64,000 nt of DNA from a virus: positions 4,133 to 68,132 of IMG/VR virus record IMGVR_UViG_3300044568_002024. The stretch is one strand, 5' to 3'. Both the position numbers and the translations under genes were made by a program. Position 1 is the stretch's first letter; each line of letters starts with the position of its first letter. Positions 49,386 to 60,141 of the stretch are shown here, in pieces. The notes under the pieces are model-generated. The model was given only the letters and a program-made list of their open reading frames with translations, ran no database searches and was not told the DNA's origin.

Positions 49386-50163
49386 ATTTTTCCGGATCAA
49401 TGTATGGTATTCCTAAATCCAAATGAAACTGTTTGTCTGATGCTTTATATGATTCCTGTGTTTCGTCATTGAAGTCGGTTGTGTATTGCCAGTTCCAAAA
49501 TAAATTATCTGGTGTATCAAATCCGAATGCACCCAACACACTTTTTTGAACTACGGTTACATTTGCACCGTTCCAATTTTGTCCTATACAAATAAAACCC
49601 GCTTGTTTATCTTTCAGTAAATTTTCTTCACCTAGTGTTGTATGTCTGTTTTCTATCCAAGTCAATCTCTCTATCAGTTTTTGATATTCCGCATTTGTTT
49701 GTCCCCAACGGATAGATGCAAAGAAAATAACTATATCTGCTTTGAATAGTTCTTTACTCACCATCCATAATTGATCTTCTTTATCATTTACTGATGCCCA
49801 GCATCTGTGATGTCCTGTTGGATTTTTCTTCTTGTCCTTTAATACGGAATCTATAACACCACAAGTATTACCTGTTTTATGTGATACATTGCCTTCACAT
49901 GGGTATATTTTCACTTGTGGTATATCAATCCATTCTGATTTGTTTGGTATCTGTTCTTTGATGAATAAGGCAAGTTCTGTTGATTTTGGCAATTCTAATT
50001 CAACACCACCTGCGGAATACTCCGTGTTAAACGGGTATCGTGTTGATGTTGTTAAAAACAAAACACGTTTCGATGGTTGTAGTGATAGATATGATATGGT
50101 ATCACTAACCACACCAGATATGTCTCTACGTTTTAGTAACGATGCTAAAGATGGTATTGCCAT
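49378..50163 (-). CDS. Flavodoxin-like / iron-sulfur flavoprotein (FMN reductase family)
   Basis: TTSTR, IYPCEGNVS..CG..RCWAS, ADIVIFFASIRWG, LIERL. Confidence 0.75.
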   Translation of the reverse strand: MAIPSLASLLKRRDISGVVSDTISYLSLQPSKRVLFLTTSTRYPFNTEYSAGGVELELPKSTELALFIKEQIPNKSEWIDIPQVKIYPCEGNVSHKTGNTCGVIDSVLKDKKKNPTGHHRCWASVNDKEDQLWMVSKELFKADIVIFFASIRWGQTNAEYQKLIERLTWIENRHTTLGEENLLKDKQAGFICIGQNWNGANVTVVQKSVLGAFGFDTPDNLFWNWQYTTDFNDETQESYKASDKQFHLDLGIPYIDPEKYD

Positions 50164-50195
50164 TTTATCAAATTAAAGTTTAGAAAAATACTAAC

Positions 50196-50204
50196 TATAA
50201 ATAT
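50196..50204 (-). promoter_or_regulatory. Putative late promoter ATATTTATA (minus strand)
   Basis: TATAAATAT on +, 32 bp upstream of 50163. Confidence 0.6.
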
Positions 50205-50210
50205 ATGCTA

Positions 50211-50246
50211 AAAAAAATCCCACCCAAAAAAATGAGTGGGATTTTT
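50211..50246 (-). terminator. Terminator after groEL
   Basis: AAAAATCCCAC...GTGGGATTTTT inverted repeat. Confidence 0.75.
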
Positions 50247-50251
50247 CAAAA

Positions 50252-52239
<1,988 letters not shown>

Positions 52240-52266
52240 AAAACCTCCAAATTAAATTTGTATAAA

Positions 52267-52965
52267 TTAACTTTCCGATTCGGATTCTTCATCCCAATCG
52301 AAAAACTTTTCTTGTTCTTCTTTTTTCTTTTCTTCTTGTTGTCTGATTCTTTCTTCTAATCTTCTACGGTATCTGCCGTCTCTTGGGCGTTTCTCGCCAT
52401 ACCACGGTGTCTTTGATACTGTTCCATATGTCCATCCTTGATATGATGTTGATGGTGTTCTTACAAGATTGAAGTAACAATTAAAACACAACAAACGAAG
52501 ATTCTCTAAACGAGTATTCCGCCAGTTGTTATCTATGAAGTCTATCAGTAGTGGATAGTTCCCATCAGTCATTCTTGGTTCATCCCAACCACACGCCGCA
52601 CATGAACACGGAATCCATCCTGACAGTAATAATCGCTTTCGTAACTTTCTTGAATCGTATGCAGGATGTTTACCATCAAGTATATCCTCTAACTTTTCTT
52701 TGTAACCTTTGTTACAATCAAATGATTTACCATTCCACTTGTCATCTTTCTTTTCTCTTGTTAGTGGAATACCAATCTTTGAATGTAGTTCAAATAATGT
52801 TTTGCCTGTTTCGGAATCAATATGTTGCTTAGCCCACTTCTTATATGTGCGATAATCTACTTTTAGAAATCTGGAAGCATCTTTATTACCGAAACTATTT
52901 TGCATTGCATAACGGATTTGTGCTTCCGTTAATATCAAAGGTGGTCTACCCTTTTTTCCATTCAT
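52267..52965 (-). CDS. HTH + degenerate HNH/Zn-finger protein
   Basis: GRPPL, ASRFLKVDYRTYKKW, CAACG, LLIDFIDNNWRN..NLRLLCFNC; ATATTTATA motif at 53000-53008. Confidence 0.65.
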   Translation of the reverse strand: MNGKKGRPPLILTEAQIRYAMQNSFGNKDASRFLKVDYRTYKKWAKQHIDSETGKTLFELHSKIGIPLTREKKDDKWNGKSFDCNKGYKEKLEDILDGKHPAYDSRKLRKRLLLSGWIPCSCAACGWDEPRMTDGNYPLLIDFIDNNWRNTRLENLRLLCFNCYFNLVRTPSTSYQGWTYGTVSKTPWYGEKRPRDGRYRRRLEERIRQQEEKKKEEQEKFFDWDEESESES

Positions 52966-53075
52966 AACATACTATCTCATAACACTAAAACATTGTAGAT
53001 ATAAATATGGTATAATATATCAAAACCACAAACAAATATACAAAAACTTTTGGTAACAAACAAGCAAAAATAAAA

Positions 53076-53097
53076 AAGGTGAGTATAAACTCACCTT
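53076..53097 (-). terminator. Rho-independent terminator
   Basis: AAGGTGAG-TATAAA-CTCACCTT, A-tract on +. Confidence 0.8.
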
Positions 53098-53101
53098 AAT
53101 T

Positions 53102-53683
53102 TTATCGTTGGTCTAACAGAGCAAAGTCTGTTATTCGGAAATGGTTATATGGATTAATTGTTCTCTTACGATACCATACGCCCCCACCATCCCATTCTCT
53201 ACCGCTTTTACCGGAAGATGTATTACCTTCAATGGTAGTTCCACCTTTCCCTTTCCATTTATCAACGAACCCAACATGACCAAACATTGTTGTTCCTCTA
53301 CGCCAAACCACTACGGTTCCCATAGGAATGTCCATGTTTGAGTTCACAACTTTCGTAGCACGGATTGTCTTGTTCTTCGTAATGAAGTGTCTGGCTAAAC
53401 CAGAACGAACACGCATAGACTTTATCTTAGCACTATCAAGACAGAATGAAACGAATGCTCCACACCATTGATTACCGGGTCTCAATCCAACTGATTTTAG
53501 AAATCTGTTTACCCAATAACCGCTGTTGTTTCCTTCCTCTTTCGTTCCAACGAATCCGTAAGCAATGTTTCTAACCCTTTCACCGTCTGTCTGTTCAACT
53601 GTTTGAGAAGCAGAGAGCAGCGGTAAGGATGTTAGCAAACAACCAAATAGCGTAAGCAATAGGATTTTCTGAAAGTATCTCAC
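53102..53683 (-). CDS. CHAP-domain peptidoglycan hydrolase with signal peptide
   Basis: QWCGAFV, GHVGFV, TIEGNTS; AAGGAGGTGA SD before GTG. Confidence 0.85.
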   Translation of the reverse strand: MRYFQKILLLTLFGCLLTSLPLLSASQTVEQTDGERVRNIAYGFVGTKEEGNNSGYWVNRFLKSVGLRPGNQWCGAFVSFCLDSAKIKSMRVRSGLARHFITKNKTIRATKVVNSNMDIPMGTVVVWRRGTTMFGHVGFVDKWKGKGGTTIEGNTSSGKSGREWDGGGVWYRKRTINPYNHFRITDFALLDQR

Positions 53684-53858
53684 GAGTCTTCACCTCCTTA
53701 ATCAAGAATGAATCAACAAACCATGCAGCTCCAACGGCAAGTGCATACTTACTCAAACCAACAGCGAATGTGCTGAAGTTACCATCCCCAAATGTTGCAC
53801 CGATTGCTATTACGGATAAAACAAGTAATGGTATGAATGTGTTTAAGGTATCTAACAT
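53595..53858 (-). CDS. Small three-TM protein, holin-like
   Basis: Three hydrophobic segments, overlaps CHAP gene, late-type motif at 53897. Confidence 0.55.
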   Translation of the reverse strand: MLDTLNTFIPLLVLSVIAIGATFGDGNFSTFAVGLSKYALAVGAAWFVDSFLIKEVKTREILSENPIAYAIWLFANILTAALCFSNS

Positions 53859-53903
53859 GATATAACCTCATATAATAAATAAAACATAACTACCATAATA
53901 AAT

Positions 53904-53933
53904 ATGGGTAGTGATTAAAAAACCACTACCCAT
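53904..53933 (-). terminator. Hairpin downstream of tRNA-Leu
   Basis: ATGGGTAGTG-N10-CACTACCCAT. Confidence 0.7.
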
Positions 53934-53939
53934 TGCTTG

Positions 53940-54024
53940 TAGTCCGGGTGGGACTCGAACCCACACGAAGATTACTCCTCTCAGGATTTTAAGTCCTGTG
54001 CGTCTGCCATTTCGCCACCGGACC
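53940..54024 (-). tRNA. trnL: tRNA-Leu(TAA), CCA not encoded
   Basis: GGTCCGG/CCGGACT acceptor, D arm TGGCGAAATGGCAGACGC, CAGGA-CTTAAAA-TCCTG anticodon arm, long variable arm, GGTTCGAGTCC. Confidence 0.93.
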
Positions 54025-54028
54025 CAAA

Positions 54029-54358
54029 TCAAATCTTGTATACGAAATTGTAAAACTCTTTCTGTAAGTATTCTGGAAGTCTATTCGTTATCCTATCCTC
54101 AAACATATAAGGAAATAATTCCACAACGTTTTCAGTCTCACAATAAATTAACATTTGTTCCAACATTTGTTTCTTTGTCTTATGGTCGCGAATAAGATTG
54201 TTGAAATAGTCTCTCAAATCTTCTTCGGTGGTGGATCCAATAGAATCATTCTCATAGTATTCACGGTGTATAAAATTCTTTGCGTTCTGTAATAGTTTCA
54301 GTTGTGAATCACATTGGTCAATCCACTCTCTTATCATGTCTGTCGTTATGTCTCTCAT
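54029..54358 (-). CDS. Hypothetical protein
   Basis: GGAG SD; early-region ORF. Confidence 0.65.
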   Translation of the reverse strand: MRDITTDMIREWIDQCDSQLKLLQNAKNFIHREYYENDSIGSTTEEDLRDYFNNLIRDHKTKKQMLEQMLIYCETENVVELFPYMFEDRITNRLPEYLQKEFYNFVYKI

Positions 54359-54359
54359 G

Positions 54360-54512
54360 TCATTCTCCAAATACTTCTAAGAAACCACGAATTGCGGATA
54401 GAAACTTTCCACCGATAAATAGAAACAGTACCGCATTTGCTAGACCCAAACCAATCAACCAATTTGTCATGCGGTCGCCGCGGTTTTCCAGTATTGCCTT
54501 TGATTCTTTCAT
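54360..54512 (-). CDS. Small membrane protein; not in ORF track
   Basis: MKESKAILENRGDRMTNWLIGLGLANAVLFLFIGGKFL.., AAGGA SD. Confidence 0.5.
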   Translation of the reverse strand: MKESKAILENRGDRMTNWLIGLGLANAVLFLFIGGKFLSAIRGFLEVFGE

Positions 54513-54873
54513 ATTATTTTCCTTTGTGATTGTGCTCGGTATGTTCCAACTTCAAACTTCGTTTGAGTTTGTCACACACCTCACCACTTACTTCTTTGAA
54601 AATATCATCCACAGTATCATCCCAATTAGGGCAGTATTCAACACAGTCAATCCAATTAACCACAACACAGTGTCCATCAACAGGTCAACAGTTCTTGGAC
54701 TATCCTCTGTCCACACTCTCGGTTTACCTTTGAACGTCATCATGCGAATACCTCGTCTAACACACATTCAAATACAAAGTCTGTTCCGTATTCTGCATTC
54801 TCCATAGCCAATTCATGTGATGAATAAACACCACGAATCTCACAGAAACTTTGGTTGTAAAGCACATAGACTT

Positions 54874-55047
54874 TCATCGGTGCCTCCTTAAAATATGTTT
54901 AATAAATTCCCAATCCGTGTGGGTTTGATTACCACCACTACGCCGTGTGTTCCAACGGATGCGAACACGATTTATCCAATCAATGAAACTTGTTACACCC
55001 AAGACAAGTGCAATCGTGAGTAAAACGGATGCGATGATTTCACTCAT
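54874..55047 (-). CDS. Small membrane protein
   Basis: MSEIIASVLLTIALVLGV, GGAG SD. Confidence 0.5.
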   Translation of the reverse strand: MSEIIASVLLTIALVLGVTSFIDWINRVRIRWNTRRSGGNQTHTDWEFIKHILRRHR

Positions 55048-55235
55048 AGGTATAACTCCAATACACCGGATGCAAGAGCAGACCATAGGGCATACTTACA
55101 AATATCCGCGTGTAACCAAGCGGCGTCACGAGACCATAACAATTTACGGTTTATGTGGTAGATAATCATTAGTACGGTAGCGGAGACACCCGCCCATGCT
55201 GCGATAAAGAGTAAGGTGAATGTTAGATATTCCAT
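55044..55235 (-). CDS. Small membrane protein
   Basis: Two hydrophobic helices, AAGGA SD. Confidence 0.55.
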   Translation of the reverse strand: MEYLTFTLLFIAAWAGVSATVLMIIYHINRKLLWSRDAAWLHADICKYALWSALASGVLELYL

Positions 55236-55451
55236 TATATGATTCCTTATTGATTGGTGATAAACCCAATGGGCTTGGGTGCAAAATGTTCTTGAAGCAC
55301 TTGTTGAGCAGAGATAAGACTTCCATCATCGTCACGGACAAAGAGCTGTGGTCTATCGGCTTCCGGAAGACCTTCAATGATTCTCGCCATCGTTTGATTA
55401 AAGGAACGACCGGAGAGCTTTGACAGGCCGATAAGATATTCGAGACTTGGG

Positions 55452-55733
55452 TTAAACATGATTACCTCGGCCATCGGTTGCGGTTCCGTCATCGTTGTAC
55501 GACCATGAATCATCAGATGGTTCTTCGTTCTCATGTTCGGGTTCCACAAAGTATTCGTCATACAATACTCTCAGGACTTCATCATCGGTGTAAGCATATC
55601 CACCGAATCCATATTCCAATACCTCACGCCAATCGGGTAGTATATCATTGTCCAATTCAAAGTCAATGATAGCATCCACTATCTCTTGTCTTGTGTAGCC
55701 ATGATGAAAGATTGTTTCTTCATTGTGTGTCAT
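55452..55733 (-). CDS. Acidic early protein, paralog family A
   Basis: TRQEIVDAI..GFGGY..TDDEVL. Confidence 0.6.
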   Translation of the reverse strand: MTHNEETIFHHGYTRQEIVDAIIDFELDNDILPDWREVLEYGFGGYAYTDDEVLRVLYDEYFVEPEHENEEPSDDSWSYNDDGTATDGRGNHV

Positions 55734-55972
55734 TGGTCTGTCTCCTTATTTACGGGTTGGTCAATTCTGATACTGTCAAAAACAAGTCTGTGAAATTCTG
55801 TCCAACGGGCACCACAACCACATTCCATTTCATAGAAATAAAACTCGTCACCGATACCACTATCAAGATGATCTATGAACGCATCCGAATGACATTCTGG
55901 ACATTCATTTTCCTTTATGAAATAACCTTTGTATTTCTGTCCAACATCGTAGTATTCTTCAATCCAATCCAT
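55730..55972 (-). CDS. Small zinc-finger protein
   Basis: CPEC...CGCG. Confidence 0.65.
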   Translation of the reverse strand: MDWIEEYYDVGQKYKGYFIKENECPECHSDAFIDHLDSGIGDEFYFYEMECGCGARWTEFHRLVFDSIRIDQPVNKETDQ

Positions 55973-55994
55973 TGAGTTATCCTTTATTGATATA

Positions 55995-56026
55995 CAAATA
56001 TACGGAATTAGTTTGAGACTACCAAA
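55995..56026 (-). promoter_or_regulatory. Bacteroidota-type early promoter
   Basis: TTTG-N20-TATATTTG on minus strand. Confidence 0.7.
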
Positions 56027-56235
56027 GGATTTTTTACTTTGTTAGTTGGCGTCCGAAGAGCAAGTCTGTATGTGTCCATTGGGATTGCGGTCACATTACG
56101 GACATCCTGCAAGTTTGTGTTGAATACCGCATCCTCTTCGGCGTCTCTCTCACAAGATGCCCAAGTTGCATAGGTAAACAGTTCTTGGTGGTCATCTTCA
56201 AGTATGACCATCCATTCTTGATAGGTATTTATCAT
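56008..56235 (-). CDS. Hypothetical early protein
   Basis: Coupled ORF. Confidence 0.55.
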   Translation of the reverse strand: MINTYQEWMVILEDDHQELFTYATWASCERDAEEDAVFNTNLQDVRNVTAIPMDTYRLALRTPTNKVKNPLVVSN

Positions 56236-56657
56236 CTATGTTCCCCATTGTAAACTTCAAAAATAACTGGACATTCCTCACCGTTTTCATCTTCTTCATT
56301 TTCATAGAGCCAGTCAGCATCCGTGTTCAATATATTCAGTTCCTCAGCAAGTTCTTCGTTGGTATATTCCACCCAACCTTTGACACCAGATTCCATCATA
56401 TCAAGATAGTATTCTATCATATCGTGAACACCTATATCGTATGGATTAAATCTCTCTGAGTTCCATTCACGCAATGTATCGATTGCCTTTGCCCTTTCAA
56501 TCCTACGGACAAATGCAGTTCCCCATTCGGGATGTTCAATCTTTGTATAACCTTCTCGCCATTCCTCACCGTTACTGTGAGTAGGCGTAGTCTTTAGTTC
56601 ATTCATTTTCTTCTCAATTCCTTGCCAATCAATTTGTGATGGATGCGGCATAGACAT
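56232..56657 (-). CDS. Acidic early protein, paralog family A
   Basis: ERAKAIDTL..GVKGW..YTNEELAEEL. Confidence 0.65.
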   Translation of the reverse strand: MSMPHPSQIDWQGIEKKMNELKTTPTHSNGEEWREGYTKIEHPEWGTAFVRRIERAKAIDTLREWNSERFNPYDIGVHDMIEYYLDMMESGVKGWVEYTNEELAEELNILNTDADWLYENEEDENGEECPVIFEVYNGEHR

Positions 56658-56678
56658 AGTTTTATTCCTTGTTAATGT

Positions 56679-56900
56679 TTATTCTATAATAAATGTTTCA
56701 CTTGTGCCATAATGTCTGTAAAGTTCTGCTATCAATTCTTCATCGTTCATGTTTACCAAACCTTTATGGCTGGTTCCGTTGAGTTGCCAATCAATCCAAA
56801 CGTGTTCCATTTCACTGAGGTATTCGGTGCAAAAGTCAATTACCAAATCGATTGCTTCTTGTTTGCTTACAACTTTAACTTCTCTTGTTTCGATTCTCAT
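56679..56900 (-). CDS. Acidic early protein, paralog family A
   Basis: SKQEAIDLV..GTSHKG..MNDEELIAEL. Confidence 0.65.
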   Translation of the reverse strand: MRIETREVKVVSKQEAIDLVIDFCTEYLSEMEHVWIDWQLNGTSHKGLVNMNDEELIAELYRHYGTSETFIIE

Positions 56901-56925
56901 TGTGTTATTCCTTAATTGTTAATGT

Positions 56926-57171
56926 TTAATTCCAACGGTATTCTTGTATAGATTGTATAATGTCACATGATATAATCATCGCGTGTGTATGTCTTATCTT
57001 TGCGTATTCAGCTGCCTTCAGGTATTCCCCACGGATAAGTTCATACCTTTCCGTATCGGGTTCTTCATGGTTCAGAATATCCTTCAATGCATCATAGGTT
57101 TCACTAGCATTGTGATACTTTACCAACAAGTCTGTTGCAAGTTCGTATGCATGGTCATCTTGTAAAAACAT
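56926..57171 (-). CDS. Hypothetical early protein
   Basis: Operonic ORF. Confidence 0.55.
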   Translation of the reverse strand: MFLQDDHAYELATDLLVKYHNASETYDALKDILNHEEPDTERYELIRGEYLKAAEYAKIRHTHAMIISCDIIQSIQEYRWN

Positions 57172-57174
57172 GGT

Positions 57175-57411
57175 TCACCATTGGGTAATTTTGATATTCG
57201 TAAATTCATTAAAGTCTCTGCGGGTAAAATTAAATTCACCATCGAATGCAGCACCGGTTCGGTGATTCTCAATATACCGCACCCAAGAACGATTTGTTCC
57301 AGTCACGGTGCAGTCAATCCACTTGCCTCTACTTGGGCAATACCATTGGAATTTAGTGCCACGCTTAACATGGTGTGACCTTTTGTCTCGGATATGTGGT
57401 TTCCTTACCAT
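57175..57411 (-). CDS. Hypothetical basic early protein
   Basis: GAGG SD. Confidence 0.55.
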   Translation of the reverse strand: MVRKPHIRDKRSHHVKRGTKFQWYCPSRGKWIDCTVTGTNRSWVRYIENHRTGAAFDGEFNFTRRDFNEFTNIKITQW

Positions 57412-57764
57412 GATGACCTCGGGTTGTTTAGGTAAGCGGGTCCGTATAGATCATATTCGGCTGTTCCTTCTAACAGATTACCACGAGCGTGTTTTGCAGG
57501 TGCCTTGAATGATGCAGCTTTGAGCAAGTCTCCTCGTTTGTATGGTATGCCACTCACAGTCATGTCTTGTAGGGCAACAAAACCCCAAACAGACTTTACT
57601 CCGCCGGCAGGACCACGGTTAGTTTCTGAAATAATCTTAGCATACTTGTTGCCGTATTGGACTGAATACAGCCATGTTTTGTTTGTATCAAGTTCTGGTA
57701 GTCTATGGTTTACTAAAAACCCAATAGCAGATACAAGACTGGGTGTTTGTGTTGTTGTATTCAT
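57405..57764 (-). CDS. Hypothetical phage protein
   Basis: GNKYAKI..SVWGFV..GDLLKAASFKAPAKHARGN, a motif recalled from other large phages. Confidence 0.75.
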   Translation of the reverse strand: MNTTTQTPSLVSAIGFLVNHRLPELDTNKTWLYSVQYGNKYAKIISETNRGPAGGVKSVWGFVALQDMTVSGIPYKRGDLLKAASFKAPAKHARGNLLEGTAEYDLYGPAYLNNPRSSW

Positions 57765-58006
57765 TATCTAACTCCTGTATATTCTGAAATTGGTTTGACG
57801 GTTTCTACCATTACATGACTGTCAGGAATTCCACGCAAAGTGTTCAAGACAATATGTAAACTTTTTTTGGTTTCAAATTCAAATTCAACATCTGGAATGA
57901 TAGTATTACCAATGATGCGGTATTCTTTGATATTCCTACCCATCGCTCTCACAAATTCAAATACATCATTGACGCCTTCGGCTCTCATTTTATATGTCAT
58001 TATCAT
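57764..58006 (-). CDS. Hypothetical early protein
   Basis: YKMRAE..PDVEFEF..DSHVMVET. Confidence 0.65.
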   Translation of the reverse strand: MIMTYKMRAEGVNDVFEFVRAMGRNIKEYRIIGNTIIPDVEFEFETKKSLHIVLNTLRGIPDSHVMVETVKPISEYTGVR

Positions 58007-58031
58007 GGTTGTTATCCTTATAGTTTATTGT

Positions 58032-58202
58032 TTATCGTGTGCAAAGACCAGCATCAATCAATGTCATTGCGATTCTACCATACCAGCCTTGCAATCCCCA
58101 AACATCGCCACTATCAATTAGTGACTGAAATGATTGGATATACAGTTCTTCACTACATTCTGGGTTGCATTCGATATTCATAACTGCATCAATGGTGCTC
58201 AT
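58032..58202 (-). CDS. Small phage protein; not in ORF track
   Basis: MSTIDAVMNIE..FQSLIDSGDVWGLQGWYGRIAMTLIDAG; AAGGA SD. Confidence 0.7.
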   Translation of the reverse strand: MSTIDAVMNIECNPECSEELYIQSFQSLIDSGDVWGLQGWYGRIAMTLIDAGLCTR

Positions 58203-58214
58203 GGTTGTTGTTCC

Positions 58215-58421
58215 TTATTGTTTGTTGTATGTATTGATATAGATACTGGATGTGATCGAATTTTCTACACCGAAGATTTGTTGGAACGAAGCGTTTGCAA
58301 TGTCACTGGCTTCTCCAAAACTGTAAGCATGAATCTTGCGTTCTGGAATTGAAACTACTTTGTTGTTGTAAACACCAGAAACGGTGACTACATATTCGCG
58401 AATGTGTTTTGTGGTTTCCAT
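58215..58421 (-). CDS. Hypothetical early protein
   Basis: AAGGA..AACAACC-ATG. Confidence 0.6.
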   Translation of the reverse strand: METTKHIREYVVTVSGVYNNKVVSIPERKIHAYSFGEASDIANASFQQIFGVENSITSSIYINTYNKQ

Positions 58422-58439
58422 GGTTGTTTTTCCTTGTGG

Positions 58440-58562
58440 TTATTGTCTAAAATAATTCATTGCCATGTCTAGCAGACTATCAATACTGGATACAATGAGA
58501 ACAAACAGTATGATCCCGGTAATGATTACAGTCTCTTTGAGAATGTGTTTTAAGCGTTTCAT
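58440..58562 (-). CDS. Small membrane protein; not in ORF track
   Basis: MKRLKHILKETVIITGIILFVLIV.., AAGGA SD, promoter at 58585. Confidence 0.55.
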   Translation of the reverse strand: MKRLKHILKETVIITGIILFVLIVSSIDSLLDMAMNYFRQ

Positions 58563-58584
58563 TTTGTGTCCTTAACTTACTTTA

Positions 58585-58615
58585 CAAATATACGGAATTT
58601 TCAGATAAGATCAAA
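58585..58615 (-). promoter_or_regulatory. Bacteroidota-type early promoter
   Basis: GCTTTGATCT..CGTATATTTGTA, 19-bp spacer. Confidence 0.8.
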
Positions 58616-58835
58616 GCATTATTTTTGAAGATGGAATACCTGCACCATTTTTTACCGTGTCCACGGCTTCGGACAACAGAGCAATACGATACAAGACTGA
58701 TTCCTTGCGGTTCATATAGTCTATTGATTCCTCTAATGTCATTGGATTGACGCGGGTTTCTCTTTCACGGATGAGCTTTGAATAGTCAGACCAAGCATCT
58801 GATAGTTTATCGGTTAGTGTTTTCGAGAATAACAT
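58611..58835 (-). CDS. Hypothetical early protein
   Basis: AAGGA-AACAACC-ATG. Confidence 0.6.
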   Translation of the reverse strand: MLFSKTLTDKLSDAWSDYSKLIRERETRVNPMTLEESIDYMNRKESVLYRIALLSEAVDTVKNGAGIPSSKIML

Positions 58836-58869
58836 GGTTGTTTCCTTTGGTTGTTCTTAACTTACATTA

Positions 58870-58995
58870 CAAATATACGAACTTTTTTTGTAAGATCAAA
58901 GCACTATTTTTTATTTTTGTGGAATTGTTTTTGGTCTCAATTACCACCACCTTAACTTACAATACAAATATAAGGCATTGGCATGAAAGATCAAA
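58870..58995 (-). promoter_or_regulatory. Tandem early promoters (58870-58900, 58965-58995)
   Basis: Two TTTG-N19-TATATTTG units. Confidence 0.8.
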
Positions 58996-59105
58996 GCATT
59001 ACTTTATGGATATGAAATTTGTATTTAGACTGAATCTAAATAAGGAGGGTTATGCAAGTCGTTGATTTGTAAGGAGTTAGTAAGTCCTTTATTTTCAACG
59101 AGTTA
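58956..59105. repeat. Regulatory unit copy 1 (promoter + 21-bp palindrome + two 25-bp palindromes)
   Basis: First 43 bp match 60227-60269 at 40/43; same element order in both copies. Confidence 0.8.
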
Positions 59106-59121
59106 TGGGGGCATAAGAATA

Positions 59122-59145
59122 GGGTAGTTCCGTTAGAAACTACCC
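59122..59145 (-). terminator. Hairpin after ParB-like gene
   Basis: GGGTAGTT...AACTACCC. Confidence 0.55.
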
Positions 59146-59177
59146 CAGATTCGGTATGACATTTTGTCATGTGTCAA

Positions 59178-60065
59178 TTATGATATTTTCAATTTCATAT
59201 CATCTGAAAGTCCGTGGTTGTGGACCTCCAAAATTGCCTCCATGAATCCTTCTGAATCACCAAGGTTTTGAATTGACGGTGCATCTGCAAGTTGAATGTT
59301 TTTCAAAAACCTATCAAAACTGAAATCAGAAAACTCTAACACTTTTTTGAGGGCATAGATGAAGTCTCTTTTTACAACACCTTTTTTGTTGATCAATTTT
59401 GAATTTAGATACGGTCTAACTTCTTGAACATTATCCATCAGTTCTGTTGCCTCTTGTAGGAGGTTTACAACAAACTTTCCATTTTGCCATATTGTGTTTC
59501 TGTTTTCACCTTTTGGATATGATTCACCATACAATAAACCAATCGTAGTCCAATGACCAACATTGTATTTGTTTCGGAAAGTTTCGTAAACAGAATAGTC
59601 TTTTTTACCCTTTCCTTTCCAAAGTTTCAACCAGTCATTTTCTCTCCATGGTTTACCATTTTGGAATATGTTTACATGGTCAATGGTTAGTCCAGGTATA
59701 ACATAATAGTATATCTCACCACCACGACTTTGCAATGCCGTAAAACGATTTTGACCATCAATAATTTCATGGTTTTCGTTTACTATGATTGGGACCGGTA
59801 TGTAACCATTTTTGGTGAGATCACCAAATTCTTTTGAAACATAGTCAAGCGAATCAGTAATTGGGCTCAGCGTCTGGTTTGTTATGTCACGATTGAGTGG
59901 CAATAACTTGAACATACTGTAATCCTTTGTTTTGAACACTTGTCCAACAGCAGTTGATCCTTTCTTTGGTTTTTCTACACGAAGTTTCATCTTCTTGTAG
60001 TCTTTTTTGGACAATTTTTTTGCGGATGTGTTAAAACTGGTTTCGAGAGATTGATTAGCGCTCAT
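59178..60065 (-). CDS. ParB/Srx N-terminal-domain protein
   Basis: LNRDI, PIIVNENHEIIDGQNRFTAL. Confidence 0.75.
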   Translation of the reverse strand: MSANQSLETSFNTSAKKLSKKDYKKMKLRVEKPKKGSTAVGQVFKTKDYSMFKLLPLNRDITNQTLSPITDSLDYVSKEFGDLTKNGYIPVPIIVNENHEIIDGQNRFTALQSRGGEIYYYVIPGLTIDHVNIFQNGKPWRENDWLKLWKGKGKKDYSVYETFRNKYNVGHWTTIGLLYGESYPKGENRNTIWQNGKFVVNLLQEATELMDNVQEVRPYLNSKLINKKGVVKRDFIYALKKVLEFSDFSFDRFLKNIQLADAPSIQNLGDSEGFMEAILEVHNHGLSDDMKLKIS

Positions 60066-60141
60066 TGCCTAATCTCCTGTAATAGTAAAACAAAAATATA
60101 AATGTGGGTGAACACCACCCTTTTATTTCAAAGTTCATATA

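Noticed and set aside
53911-54807. Plus-strand ORFs 53911-54195 and 54280-54807
   Set aside because: Antisense to tRNA-Leu and to minus-strand genes with SD sites
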